Origin: Candidatus Latescibacterota bacterium
GTDB lineage: Bacteria; Latescibacterota; UBA2968; GCA-2709665
Direction: 5' to 3'
Length of the DNA stretch: 64,000 bases
Assembly (NCBI GenBank): GCA_965219455.1
Contig: OZ244744.1
Coordinates: forward strand, 2,336,001-2,400,000
In this document: in pieces, positions 7,492-19,229 of the stretch
Layout: each line of letters starts with the position of its first letter
Position numbering within the stretch: position 1 is the stretch's first letter
The notes under the pieces: model-generated
Seen by the model: the letters and a program-made list of their open reading frames with translations, nothing else
What the model was told of the DNA's origin: nothing
Database searches by the model: none
Made by a program: the position numbers and the translations under genes

Positions 7492-9846
7492 ATGCATCCG
7501 GAAGCACATCCTCCGTTCCGCACCGCCGCCGTTCTGGGCGCGGGTGTGATGGGATCGCAAATTGCCGCCCACCTGGCCAACGCCGGGCTGTCCGTACATC
7601 TGCTGGATCTTCCCGGCGACCAAAAAAACAGAAACGCCATCGTCGAGGGGGCACTCAAGGGACTCGAACGTGTCAGCCCCGCTCCTCTTTTTACGGAAGG
7701 GACTGCCCGTCGCATCACTCCCGGCAACATCGAGGACGACTTCCACCGCGCGTCTGAAGCGGACTGGATCATCGAAGCCGTCGTTGAGAAGCCGGACGTC
7801 AAGCAACAGATTATGGCGCGCGTGGAAGCCGCCGCGAAACGCCATACCGTTATTTCCACCAACACCAGCGGCATTCCGATCCACCTGATTGCACAGGACC
7901 GGTCGCCGGACTTCAAGAGACGCTTCCTCGGCACGCACTTCTTCAACCCGCCGCGCTACCTCAAGCTACTTGAACTCATTCCCCTTCCCGAAACCGATCC
8001 GGCCGTTGTCGACCGCGTTTCCCGGTTTGGCCGCGTGCGGCTGGGCAAAGGCATAGTGGTTGCAAACGACGTGCCGGGCTTCATTGGCAACCGCATCGGC
8101 GTGTACGCCATGATGCAGTGTATCCGCGCCGTCGCGGAGGGCGGCTACACGATCGAGGAAATAGACACCCTGACAGGGCCCCTGCTGGGACGTCCGGGAT
8201 CCGCTACGTTCAGAACGGCCGACGTTGTCGGACTGGACACCCTCGCGCACGTTGCCGGTTACCTGTACGGCGCCCTGCCGGACGACGAAAGCCGGGAACA
8301 GTTTCGGGTTCCCGAACTGGTAAGACAGCTGGTCGAAGATGGGGCCACCGGCGCCAAGGCGGGCAGGGGTTTTTACAGGAAAGAGGGCCGGAACATCCTC
8401 TCGTTCAGCCCGGAAACCCGCGCCTACGGACCACCCGAGGAACAGAAACTGGGCGACCTCGAACCCATACGGAAACAGAGGAAACTTTCCCTGCGCCTCC
8501 GCGACCTTTATGCGCACGAAGGGCGGGCAGGCGCCTTCTTTCGGAAGCACCTCCTGGAAACGCTGGCATATAGCGCCAGCCGTATCCCCGAAATCACCAC
8601 GAATCCGGCCGACATAGATCGCGCCCTTCGCTGGGGATTCGGCTGGGAGGCGGGCCCCTTTGAAATGTGGGATATCATCGGGTTCGATACTATCCTCGAG
8701 GACATGTCAGCCGGGAACATCCCCCTGCCGGGCTGGGTCGAAACCATGTCCGGAACGGGCGCCGACAGATTCCGCGACCGCTCACGGGTCTATATGCCCG
8801 ACCGCGGATACGTGCGGGAGTCCGGGGCGACCGACGAATTCCGCTCGCCCGCCATCCGCTCGGAAAAACAGCACGTCCGCTGGCAAAGCGAGGAAGCCGT
8901 TCTGCTTGACCTCGGAGATGATATCGCCCGCTTCGAATACCGCACCAAGGCAAACTCCATGGGCGAAAAACTCGTACGCGGTCTCGTCGACGCGGTCGAC
9001 ATCGTCGAAGCGGGGAATTACCGCGGAATGGTCATCTGCAACAAGGGAAAGAACTTCTCCGTAGGCGCCAACCTGCAGGAAATGGTCACGCATGCGGAGC
9101 AGAAACGCTTCGACCTGATGGACCGGCTCCTGGTCAATTTCCAGCAGATGATCCAGCGTGTCCACTATTCCGCCAAACCGGTCGTGGTCGCCACCCACGG
9201 CCGCGTCCTCGGCGGCGGGTGTGAGCTCACTCTGGCCTGCGCCAGCCCCGTGGCCGCGGCCGAATCCTACATCGGTCTTGTCGAACTGGCCGTGGGACTC
9301 ATCCCTGGCGGCTGCGGCACCATGCGCATGGCGGCGCTTTCACACGAGCGCGCATCGTCCGAGTACGACAGCCACATACAGCCCTTTCTGGCAAGGGCTT
9401 TTGAAACCGTTGCCATGGCAAAGGTATCCAACAGCGCCTATCAGGCGCGGGAATACGGTTTTCTACCGCCCGGCGCGCCCATTGTCATGAACCAGGATCA
9501 CCGGCTCCACGCCGCCAAACAGGAAGTCCTGCGCCTTTCGAACCAGGGATACGCGCCGCCGCCGGTTCGCAATGCCATCAGGGTTCTTGGCCAACCGGCC
9601 CGTGCGCGGTTCGAGGTGACAACCTACAGTATGCTCCGCTCGAGATTCATCACCGAATACGACCGCTACCTGGCCAACCGGTTCGCCTACGTGCTGACCG
9701 GCGGGGACCTCACCGGTCCCGCGGACGTACATGAAGACTACCTTCTGGAGCTGGAACGCGAAGTCTTCCTCGCCCTTACGGGCGAAGAGAAAACCCGGGA
9801 AAGGATCAACAGCATTCTGCGAACCAACAGACCCCTGCGAAATTGA
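7492..9846 (+). CDS. fadN: 3-hydroxyacyl-CoA dehydrogenase / enoyl-CoA hydratase (FadN-like)
   Basis: GAGVMGSQIA, TNTSGIP, HFFNPPRYLKLLE and FIGNRIG motifs; C-terminal crotonase domain (FSVGANL, GGGCE, GLVELAVG). Confidence 0.93.
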   Translation: MHPEAHPPFRTAAVLGAGVMGSQIAAHLANAGLSVHLLDLPGDQKNRNAIVEGALKGLERVSPAPLFTEGTARRITPGNIEDDFHRASEADWIIEAVVEKPDVKQQIMARVEAAAKRHTVISTNTSGIPIHLIAQDRSPDFKRRFLGTHFFNPPRYLKLLELIPLPETDPAVVDRVSRFGRVRLGKGIVVANDVPGFIGNRIGVYAMMQCIRAVAEGGYTIEEIDTLTGPLLGRPGSATFRTADVVGLDTLAHVAGYLYGALPDDESREQFRVPELVRQLVEDGATGAKAGRGFYRKEGRNILSFSPETRAYGPPEEQKLGDLEPIRKQRKLSLRLRDLYAHEGRAGAFFRKHLLETLAYSASRIPEITTNPADIDRALRWGFGWEAGPFEMWDIIGFDTILEDMSAGNIPLPGWVETMSGTGADRFRDRSRVYMPDRGYVRESGATDEFRSPAIRSEKQHVRWQSEEAVLLDLGDDIARFEYRTKANSMGEKLVRGLVDAVDIVEAGNYRGMVICNKGKNFSVGANLQEMVTHAEQKRFDLMDRLLVNFQQMIQRVHYSAKPVVVATHGRVLGGGCELTLACASPVAAAESYIGLVELAVGLIPGGCGTMRMAALSHERASSEYDSHIQPFLARAFETVAMAKVSNSAYQAREYGFLPPGAPIVMNQDHRLHAAKQEVLRLSNQGYAPPPVRNAIRVLGQPARARFEVTTYSMLRSRFITEYDRYLANRFAYVLTGGDLTGPADVHEDYLLELEREVFLALTGEEKTRERINSILRTNRPLRN

Positions 9847-9901
9847 TTCCCGCGGAATCCGGACCGCCGGACTGCACACGAGAAAAGAGGGCGAACCTCC
9901 C

Positions 9902-11086
<1,185 letters not shown>

Positions 11087-11091
11087 AATGC

Positions 11092-13211
11092 ATGGATGTT
11101 CTGACTTCCACCTACGGCGTCCTGTCCTTCTCGTCCGTCGAAGCCTTCGGGATCGTGGCTCTCGTATGCGGTCTGGGATTCACCGGCGCGCCGCTGTGGC
11201 TGTGGACCGCCCTCTCAGCCGCGGTTCTTTGGACATTCGGTGCGCCCGGCGGCCTCTGGCTGGGCTTCGGCGTCATCGCGCTGCTCTTCAACCTCCGGCC
11301 GCTCCGCCGCATACTGATCTCCTCCTGGATCCTCAGAGTCCTTAAGGCCCTCCGCCTCCTTCCATCCATCTCTCCGACCGAACAGGCCGCCATCGAAGCC
11401 GGAAGCGTATGGATTGACCGCGACCTCTTCTCCGGCAAACCCGATTTCAGACGTCTGAACAGCGAACCCTATCCCGAACTGAGCGAAAAGGAACGGGCAT
11501 TTCTCAGCGGCCCCGCGGAAGCCGCGTGCCGCCTGTCCGATGACTGGCAGATCCACCGGAACCGGGATCTGCCGCCGGAACTCTGGGATTACCTCAAGCA
11601 GCACCGGTTCTACGGTATCATCGTCCCGGAGGAATTCGGGGGGCTTGGATTCTCCGCGTCCGCGCACAGCGCCATCGTCGGCAAGCTGGCGTCCCGTTCC
11701 ATGCCTCTCGCCGTCACCGTAATGGTGCCCAACTCGCTCGGGCCCGCGGAACTCCTGATCCACTACGGCACCCCGGACCAGAAAGATCACTACCTGCCGC
11801 GGCTGGCGCGAGGCGATGAAATCCCCTGCTTTGCCCTCACCGAACCAAACGCCGGTTCCGACGCCGGCAGCATCCGATCCAGCGGGGTCGTCTTCAGAGA
11901 CGAGGATGGGCGGCTGTATTTGCGATTGAACTGGAACAAACGATACATCACCCTCGCTTCCATTTCCACACTCATTGGCCTGGCCTTTAAACTCAAAGAC
12001 CCGGACAATCTGCTCGGCAAAGGCGAAAATCCGGGCATCACGTGCGCCCTCGTTCCCCGCGACACGCCCGGCGTCGTCGTGGATAGACGGCACGACCCGA
12101 TGGGGGTGCCCTTTCACAACGCTCCCACCGAAGGTAGGGACGTTATCGTCCCGGCTGACGCCATCATCGGCGGACCCGATAGCGCCGGCCGGGGGTGGCG
12201 CATGCTCATGGAATCCCTCGCCGCGGGGCGCGGCATCTCCCTGCCCGCAACAGCAGCCTTCGGCGCCAAGCTGACCGCGCGAGTGGCGGGCGCCCACGCC
12301 ACCGTGCGCAAACAATTCGGCCTGTCCATCGGCCGATTCCAGGGCGTAGAGGAGCCGCTCGCGCGTATCGGCGCCTTTACCTACCTGATGGAAGCAGCGA
12401 GACGTTTCACGTGCGGAGGCCTGGACGGGGGCGCAAGATCCGCCGTTGTCTCGGCCATCGTCAAATTCAATCTCACGGAACTTCATCGGCGGGCCATTCT
12501 GGACGGCATGGACGTCCTCGCCGGCAACGCCATCGCCCAGGGGCCAAGAAACCTGCTCGCCCGGGCGTATCTCTGGGCGCCCTGAAAAAGGAAGAAAAAC
12601 TGGCGGGTCGCTTCGCGGACATCCTTTCCTGGATGTATCTGGGTGCGGCCGTCCTGCGCCGCTTCGAAGCGGAAGGCCGCAGACCCGGCCACCTGCCCTA
12701 TCTGCACTGGGCGATGCAATACGCGCTCGCGCAGATTCAGATCGGTTTCAGCGGCCTGTTCCAAAATCTGCGCGTCTTCCCGGGGCTGGGTCTGATATTC
12801 CGCTATCCCGTTGCGCTGTGGTCGCGCCTCAACCCCATCGGCAGGATGCCTTCCGACGCCCTCGGCGGCGACGTCGCCCGCGCCATCCGGACACCCGGCC
12901 CCGACAGGGACGCGCTGACCTCGGGAATATACCTGCCAGACTCAACCGATGAAGCCCTGGGCCGGCTGGAAGCCGCGTTCGAACTTTCCTGCAAGGCCGA
13001 ACCCATTGCGGTTAAGATAAAAGAAGCCGCCCGCGCGGGCCTGCTCTCGGGCCGAGACCCCAACCGTCTGGTCATACAGGCACTGGAAGAAGAGCTGATC
13101 TCACAGGAAGACGCGCAGCTGTTCCGGCGCGCCGAGGCTGCCCGGGACGAGGCGATCCGGGTGGACGCGTTCACCCCTGAAGAGTACCTCCCTTTAATGA
13201 AGAACGGGTAA
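11092..13211 (+). pseudogene. fadE: FadE-type acyl-CoA dehydrogenase with an internal deletion and frameshift
   Basis: The N-terminal part (VMVPNSLGPAELL, CFALTEP.AGSDAG) stops at TGA 12583-12585. The C-terminal domain (ALKKEEKLAGRFADILSWMYL...VDAF) continues in another frame. The usual ITVEGANILTR segment is absent. Confidence 0.82.
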
Positions 13212-13265
13212 CGGGCCGCTGCGGCGTACCGATTAACGGGCGCCAGCCCCCGAGGAGCGCAATCC

Positions 13266-14891
13266 ATGCAAGGCCTTATGATGGACTACCCCCTCACGAT
13301 GGACCGGATCCTCGAGCACGCCAATCGTCTGTACCCCCATAAACGCATTACCACGGGTTTGCCCGACGGAACCGTTCACCGATACACCTATGCGGACCTG
13401 CATAGGCGGTCGAAGCGGCTCGCCGGCGCACTGGGTGGCCTGGGCATTGAACCCGGCGACCGGGTGGGCACCTTCGCGTGGAACAACTACCAGCACCTGG
13501 AACTGTATTTCGCCGTCCCGTGCAGCGGCGCCGTCTGCCACACACTCAACATCCGCCTATCTCCGGATCAGCTGGCCTATATCATCAGCCACGCGGAAGA
13601 CAAAGCCATCTTTGTCGACGCGACCCTGCTGCCCCTCTTTGAAGCGGTCGCCGCCAGACTCGACCGCCCCCCGCGCATCGTCCTGTTCAATACCGATCCG
13701 GGTATCCGGACAGCCCTGTCCGACACCTGCTGCTATGAAGACCTGCTAACCAGCGGAAGCGAAGCCTTCGAATGGCCCGTAACCGACGAAAACGCGGCCA
13801 TGGGCCTCTGTTACACCAGCGGCACCACCGGCGAGCCCCGGGGCGCGCTCTACTCGCACCGCTCGATGTTTCTGCATACCCTCGGCGTGAACCAGTCCAA
13901 CGCCGTGGGCATTGTTGAATCGGACATCGTTATGCCGGTCGTACCGCAGTTTCACGCCATGGCCTGGGGTCTGCCCTATGCCTGCGCCATGGCCGGCGCG
14001 GAAATGGTCCTGCCCGGACCCCACCTGAAACCCCACGCCCTGTCCAGGATGATCGCGGACGAAGGCGTGACGGTTCCCGCCGGCGTACCCACCATCTGGA
14101 CCGGGCTATTTGAAGAACTGAAAGTCAATCCGCGCGACATCTCCTGCATCCGGTCCCTGATCGTTGGGGGTTCGGCCATGCCGCGCGGTCTGATAGAAGC
14201 CTATGAAACGGAACTCAACGTCCCGGTCGTACACGCCTGGGGAATGACCGAACTCTCGCCCCTGGGCACCGTCTCCAGGCTGCAACGCCATCACCATGCC
14301 CTTTCTGACGCGGACAGGTGGGACGTCAAAGCCAGACAGGGGTATCCCATTTCCGTTGTTGAAATGCGGATTGTGGACGATTCCGGAAACGAAGCGCCCT
14401 GGGACGGCCGCAGCATGGGTGAGATACAGGTCAGGGGCCCGTGGGTGATCGGGAGTTATTACAAAGAGGATCCCGATCCCGATCACTTCACGACCGACGG
14501 GTGGTTTCGAACCGGCGACGTCGGATCGATGAGTCCGGACGGCTTCCTCACGATCACGGACCGGACCAGAGACCTCATCAAGAGCGGCGGCGAGTGGATC
14601 TCCAGCGTCGAACTGGAAAACAGGCTGATGGGCCACCCCGCCGTCACCGAGGCCGCCGTAATTGCCATACCCGACACGAAATGGGCGGAGCGCCCCTTCG
14701 CAATCGCCGTACGGTCGCCCAACGCGGACCCGGCCACGGCCGAGGAACTCCGGGCGTACCTGGCGACTGTATATCCGAAATACTGGGTGCCCGACAGAAT
14801 TGTCTTCGTGGAGCAGATCCCCAAGACCAGTGTAGGAAAACTGAATAAAAAAGTCATCCGCCGGCAATATGCGGAGAGACTGTTCGGATAG
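13266..14891 (+). CDS. Long-chain fatty acid-CoA ligase
   Basis: [30 protein letters not shown] and PKTSVGK adenylation-domain motifs. Confidence 0.94.
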   Translation: MQGLMMDYPLTMDRILEHANRLYPHKRITTGLPDGTVHRYTYADLHRRSKRLAGALGGLGIEPGDRVGTFAWNNYQHLELYFAVPCSGAVCHTLNIRLSPDQLAYIISHAEDKAIFVDATLLPLFEAVAARLDRPPRIVLFNTDPGIRTALSDTCCYEDLLTSGSEAFEWPVTDENAAMGLCYTSGTTGEPRGALYSHRSMFLHTLGVNQSNAVGIVESDIVMPVVPQFHAMAWGLPYACAMAGAEMVLPGPHLKPHALSRMIADEGVTVPAGVPTIWTGLFEELKVNPRDISCIRSLIVGGSAMPRGLIEAYETELNVPVVHAWGMTELSPLGTVSRLQRHHHALSDADRWDVKARQGYPISVVEMRIVDDSGNEAPWDGRSMGEIQVRGPWVIGSYYKEDPDPDHFTTDGWFRTGDVGSMSPDGFLTITDRTRDLIKSGGEWISSVELENRLMGHPAVTEAAVIAIPDTKWAERPFAIAVRSPNADPATAEELRAYLATVYPKYWVPDRIVFVEQIPKTSVGKLNKKVIRRQYAERLFG

Positions 14892-14920
14892 TCAACCAAG
14901 GCCCGAGACAAAGGACAGCG

Positions 14921-15652
14921 ATGCCTCTCCATCTCAAGAACCCGCACAGCATCCTGGCCGTCCTAGAGACCCGACCCCAGGACGTCTTTGAAATCCGTCT
15001 TCCGGATCCCGTCGCCGGTCCGTGGAGAGAGATCAGGGCGTCCGCCGCGGAAATCGGCGTTAGAATCACCCGCGAAACCCGGACATCCGGGACACAAAAG
15101 CGGACCGGCCGAGCCGGCAGCGCCGAAGCCGTTGTCAAGGAACGACGCTCCGTCTCCACCCAGGACTTCTTCGCGCACGTCACCGAGACCGGTCTCTGGC
15201 TTGCGCTTGACCGGGTCCAGGATCCGCACAACGTCGGGGCGATCTTCAGAACCGCCGCCTTCTTCGGTGTCCGCGGCATCCTGCTTACACGCGACCGTTC
15301 CGCCCCGCTCACCGATACCGTGCATGACGTCGCCTCCGGCGGCGTCGAACACGTGCCCTTTTCCTTCGCGACCAACCTCAGCCAGGCTCTGGACCTGGCG
15401 CGAACGACAAACCTGTGGATTCTGGGCGCGTCCGAACACGCCGATACCGACCTCGGCCAGATCGCCGCCGACCGACCCTGGCTGCTCGTTCTGGGCAACG
15501 AGGAACGCGGGCTCCGCCGTCTCACCCTGGACAAGTGCGACGCCACCTGCAGAATTCCTTCCATCGGTAACGTCGCCTCCCTCAACGTCTCCGTCGCCGC
15601 GGGCATCATCATCCAGAAACTCGTCGCACCGCCAGAAACGACCACGCCGTAG
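14921..15652 (+). CDS. TrmH/SpoU family RNA methyltransferase (RlmB-like)
   Basis: DRVQDPHNVGAIFRTA, LGNEERG and SLNVSVA motifs. Confidence 0.9.
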   Translation: MPLHLKNPHSILAVLETRPQDVFEIRLPDPVAGPWREIRASAAEIGVRITRETRTSGTQKRTGRAGSAEAVVKERRSVSTQDFFAHVTETGLWLALDRVQDPHNVGAIFRTAAFFGVRGILLTRDRSAPLTDTVHDVASGGVEHVPFSFATNLSQALDLARTTNLWILGASEHADTDLGQIAADRPWLLVLGNEERGLRRLTLDKCDATCRIPSIGNVASLNVSVAAGIIIQKLVAPPETTTP

Positions 15653-15669
15653 ACTGTCGATTCATCCCG

Positions 15670-15702
15670 CCTGCCTGCGCCAAGCAACGCGCGGCAGGCA
15701 GG
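15670..15702. repeat. CCTGYCTGC...CAGGCAGG mini-hairpin
   Basis: Palindromic 30-33-bp unit, also at 26309-26341 and 40164-40193. Confidence 0.7.
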
Positions 15703-15719
15703 TCTCTTTGAGTTGTTTG

Positions 15720-15862
15720 CACTGAACTTGCCGAAGTGCCTTCGCTCGCCGAAACGTGGTCATTGAGCTTGTCGAAATGCCCTCGGTTCCGTTTCGGTCG
15801 ATTCCAATACACAACCCTTCGCCGACCCTTCGACAAGCTCAGGGAGCGGCTCAGGGCTCAGG
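15720..15862. repeat. Cluster of TGAGCTTGTCGAA / TTCGACAAGCTCA inverted short repeats
   Basis: TGAGCTTGTCGAA (~15764) and TTCGACAAGCTCA (~15829) are reverse complements. A degenerate copy lies at ~15723, with tandem GCTCAGG after. Confidence 0.6.
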
Positions 15863-15951
15863 CGCCGGTTTCTGATCCTGTCGATGGCGCCGCCCTTGTC
15901 ACTATTTCCGTTTTGCCGTATCTTTTGTGAAAAAATTCAGGGGAAGAGCCG

Positions 15952-16611
15952 ATGCCCGAAACCATCTTCTGGGACGTGGATACCCAGTACGACTTTATCA
16001 TGCCCGATGGCCGACTCTATATCCGGGAGGCTGAGAAAATCCTGCCCAACCTGGAGCGGCTCACGGCCTGCGCCCGGCAACGGAATATCCCCGTCTTCGG
16101 CTCAGTAGACTACCACAACCCCGAAGATCCGGAGATTTCAGATTCGCCCGACTTCCGGAACACCTTTCCGCCGCACTGCCTGAAGGGCACTCCCGGCCAG
16201 CGAAAGGTCCTGGAAACAAGCCCCGTGAATCCGCTTTGGATCGACGGCGACGCCGAAGTACCCACGTCCCTCGGCCAGCGGGTCCGGAACCACGCCGGCG
16301 AGGTCATCTTCCGCAAACAGCGTTTCGACGTTTTCACCAACCGGAACGTGGAACCTGTTCTGGACATCGTCAGACCCGAGCGAATCGTACTGTACGGCGT
16401 TGCCCTGGACGTCTGCAACGCCTACGCCATCGACGGCTTCCTTAAGAGAAACACCGCGCCCATCCAACTGGTCCTGGACGCCACGCAGGCCATCTTCCCC
16501 GAACGCGGAGAATCGCTCGTGGAAGGCTGGAAGGCCCAGGGCGTCACCGTCGTGTCTACCGACGAAGTCACAGGGCAGAGAAACTGGCATTCAGGAGATC
16601 GCGTGGGCTAA
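15952..16611 (+). CDS. Isochorismatase/nicotinamidase family cysteine hydrolase
   Basis: DVDTQYDF, DYH, FPPHCLKGT and GVALDVC motifs. Confidence 0.88.
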   Translation: MPETIFWDVDTQYDFIMPDGRLYIREAEKILPNLERLTACARQRNIPVFGSVDYHNPEDPEISDSPDFRNTFPPHCLKGTPGQRKVLETSPVNPLWIDGDAEVPTSLGQRVRNHAGEVIFRKQRFDVFTNRNVEPVLDIVRPERIVLYGVALDVCNAYAIDGFLKRNTAPIQLVLDATQAIFPERGESLVEGWKAQGVTVVSTDEVTGQRNWHSGDRVG

Positions 16612-16673
16612 GGGATGGGCGAATTCGAACGGGGACCTGCCAGAGGCCAATCCTGTAGCCGCGGATGTAAACG

Positions 16674-16714
16674 AAAACACCATCGCCCGCAAATTGCGGG
16701 CGATGGTGTTTTTT
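16674..16714. terminator. Bidirectional terminator between convergent genes
   Basis: Perfect 18-bp stem AAAACACCATCGCCCGCA-aat-TGCGGGCGATGGTGTTTT. Confidence 0.85.
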
Positions 16715-16730
16715 GTTTTGCGCGTTGCGC

Positions 16731-17828
16731 CTATTTCCCCGCGGACATATCGAGTTCTTTGAACAGGTCGAGGTACTTGCCGTACCCCGCGCCCTTCAGT
16801 TCTTCCACGGGAATAAACCGCAGCGAAGCGGAATTGATGCAATAGCGCAGCCCGGTGGGGGGAGGCCCGTCGGGAAACAGGTGGCCAAGGTGGGAATCCC
16901 CGTTTCTGCTGCGAACCTCGGTGCGGGTCATAAAGAGGTTGTTATCGACGTGCTTCACCACGTGTTCCCGGACCAACGGCTGCGTGAAACTCGGCCATCC
17001 GGTACCCGACCGGAATTTGTGCGTTGAACTGAAGAGCGGCTCGCCCGAGACGACGTCCACGTAGATTCCCGGTTTCTTGTTATCCCAGTACTCGTTGCGG
17101 AACGGGCGCTCGGTGCCGTCTTCCTGCGTCACGTTCCACTGCAGGGGTGTCAGCTTACCGCGCAACTCCGCTTCGGGTGGCTTGACCCAGGACATGCCGG
17201 AGGATTTGGCGGGTATGTCCCGCCCCCAGTTCCGTTCGATAAATCGGTCGCGGCCTGAGCCTTTCCGGTAGCGGTTGTAATGAGCCGGCTTTTTCCTGTA
17301 GTAATCCTGGTGGTATTCCTCCGCCGGATAGAACGTCTGCGCGGCGCGGATGGGCGTGACGATGGGGGCTTTGAATCGGCCAGATCCGGTAAGCGCTTCT
17401 TTCGAAGCTTCGGCCAGCTGTTTCTGCTGCTCGTCGTGGTAGAAAACGGCGGACGTGTACTGGTGTCCCCGGTCGTAGAAAGAGCCCCCGGCATCGGTTG
17501 GGTCGAACTGCCGCCAGAAAACGTCGAGCAATTGGGCATAGGTGACAACGGCCGGGTCGAATGTGACCAGGACCGACTCGATGTGCCTGGTACTGCCTGA
17601 ACTGACCTGCCCGTAGGTGGGACTCCGGGTCTCTCCGCCGGTATAGCCGGATACCGCGGAGACGACCCCCTCGAGCTTATCGAACGGGGCTTCGATGCAC
17701 CAGAAGCAGCCGCCCGCAAACGTGGCCTGCGCCAGGTTTTTCGTTTCCGTCCGGCCGTCCCGCGCGCCGAAGGCCAGGGCGACAATCAGGGCGGCAGCGG
17801 TCAATAACAGCACGAGCGTCGTTTTCAT
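16731..17828 (-). CDS. msrAB: Exported bifunctional methionine sulfoxide reductase MsrA/MsrB
   Basis: Signal peptide; GGCFWC and AEEYHQDYY (MsrA); [14 protein letters not shown] and RYCINSASL (MsrB). Confidence 0.95.
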   Translation of the reverse strand: MKTTLVLLLTAAALIVALAFGARDGRTETKNLAQATFAGGCFWCIEAPFDKLEGVVSAVSGYTGGETRSPTYGQVSSGSTRHIESVLVTFDPAVVTYAQLLDVFWRQFDPTDAGGSFYDRGHQYTSAVFYHDEQQKQLAEASKEALTGSGRFKAPIVTPIRAAQTFYPAEEYHQDYYRKKPAHYNRYRKGSGRDRFIERNWGRDIPAKSSGMSWVKPPEAELRGKLTPLQWNVTQEDGTERPFRNEYWDNKKPGIYVDVVSGEPLFSSTHKFRSGTGWPSFTQPLVREHVVKHVDNNLFMTRTEVRSRNGDSHLGHLFPDGPPPTGLRYCINSASLRFIPVEELKGAGYGKYLDLFKELDMSAGK

Positions 17829-18038
17829 TTGAGATCCTCCTGAGATTCCCGGCAATCGGGCTGGATGTTGCACGATGGATCAATTCGACTAAAAATAACA
17901 AAATTGGGGTGTGGATGGTATCCCTAAAACCTGAAAATGGCGGATTTTTGGGGAACAAAAAAATACCCTCTCCACCACCGGTCGCCCGAGGGATAGAACG
18001 CAGGAGAAGGCGAAGCGACCCAAAGTCCACCCTTTGCG

Positions 18039-18080
18039 GGTTTTTGTAGGGGCGGTTCGCGAACCGCCCCTACAAAAACC
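18039..18080. repeat. REP-like GTAG palindrome
   Basis: Perfect palindrome GGTTTTTGTAGGGGCGGTTCGCGAACCGCCCCTACAAAAACC. Related GTAGGGGCG hairpins at 26463, 30467, 52762, 58765 and 59211. Confidence 0.75.
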
Positions 18081-18131
18081 TGAGATCCGTGATATAGATA
18101 TCGCCGTGTTTCGCGCCCACCTCTTTCGGAC

Positions 18132-18160
18132 TTGATAACTATACATTTGTACAGTATATT
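18132..18160 (+). promoter_or_regulatory. Sigma70-like promoter with an SOS-box-like palindrome in the spacer
   Basis: TTGATA-17 bp-TATATT, 6 nt before ATG 18167. The spacer contains CTAT-N8-ACAG (18139-18154). Confidence 0.6.
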
Positions 18161-18166
18161 CAGTAT

Positions 18167-18964
18167 ATGGCGCACACGCATCTGGAAATTGAAGAGACCG
18201 GGGCGCGTTCGGTCCTGATGCCGCAGGACGGCCCGCCCGTCACCCGATACACCCTGAATCCTTATATCGGTTGCGGCATGGGGTGCGCCTATTGCTACGT
18301 TATGAAATACCACTACGCTATGGAACACCCCCTGCCGTGGGGCGCATGGGTCCAGCCTAAAACGAACGCGCCCTTTCTTCTGGGCAAGGCGCGCGACAAA
18401 ATCTGGGGGCGGCGGATTTTCGTGGGTTCGGCCACCGACCCGTACCAATACGTGGAACGGCAATACCGGCTGACCCGCCGCTGCCTGCGCGTCCTGCTGG
18501 ACAGCAACCCGAAAGACGTCGTGGTGCATACGCGCAGCCACCTGATTCTGGACGACGTGGAATTGCTGCAGGCGTTCAAGACCCCCCTGCGGGTGTGTTT
18601 TTCCGTGCCCACCGACGACGACCGCGTTCGGCAGAAGCTGGAGCCGCACGCCCCTCGCATCGACGTCCGGCTGAAAACCATGCGGCGCCTCAGGTCCGCG
18701 GGCATTCACGTTACCGCGGCGGTGGCGCCTCTGCTCCACTGTAAGCCGGCCCGCTTCGTCCGGTTGCTGAAAGACGCCGTTGACGACGTCTACACCGGCA
18801 CGATGCGCTACACGGACAAAACGGGCCTGCAGCGGACGGACCGGGCGAGGGCCTATTTCCGGAGCGCCCGTTACAGGGACCTGGTCGGCGAAATGGACCG
18901 CTGCCTCGACGCCTCGGGCCTGAAGGCAAACCGGGACGACGATAGAGATTTCGCGTCACGATGA
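18167..18964 (+). CDS. Spore photoproduct lyase-like radical SAM protein
   Basis: LNPYIGCGMGCAYCY (CxxxCxxC), GSATDPYQ and LEPHAP motifs. Confidence 0.88.
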   Translation: MAHTHLEIEETGARSVLMPQDGPPVTRYTLNPYIGCGMGCAYCYVMKYHYAMEHPLPWGAWVQPKTNAPFLLGKARDKIWGRRIFVGSATDPYQYVERQYRLTRRCLRVLLDSNPKDVVVHTRSHLILDDVELLQAFKTPLRVCFSVPTDDDRVRQKLEPHAPRIDVRLKTMRRLRSAGIHVTAAVAPLLHCKPARFVRLLKDAVDDVYTGTMRYTDKTGLQRTDRARAYFRSARYRDLVGEMDRCLDASGLKANRDDDRDFASR

Positions 18965-19229
18965 ATGCTGCGCGGCAAGCAGGCGGAACGGAAAACAAGC
19001 GGGAAACGAAGGTTAAATCAGATCGCAGGAAATCGCATAACTTATTATTTTTAAAGCGCTGGTATTTAAATGAAAAGAAAATGAAGACGAACTATGGAAG
19101 AATATTCGGCAGGATCGTGTTCCCGAAACTGCATCGTCCGATACAGACGGTTTTAACGCTGTATCAAGTTTACGAAGGCGAAGACATACCCATTCCTGCG
19201 AGTCCCGCCACACGCACCGACGTTTGGCA

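Noticed and set aside
12583-12585. Selenocysteine readthrough or programmed frameshift in fadE
   Set aside because: The downstream part is in another frame and the catalytic segment is missing altogether, so recoding would not restore the enzyme.
16612-16665. tRNA remnant around GTTCGAAT on the minus strand
   Set aside because: No T-stem pairing, cloverleaf or CCA end could be built.
18965-19229. IS end or att site in the AT-rich gap after the NACHT-like gene
   Set aside because: I could not find a matching inverted or direct repeat at the other end of the two-gene module.
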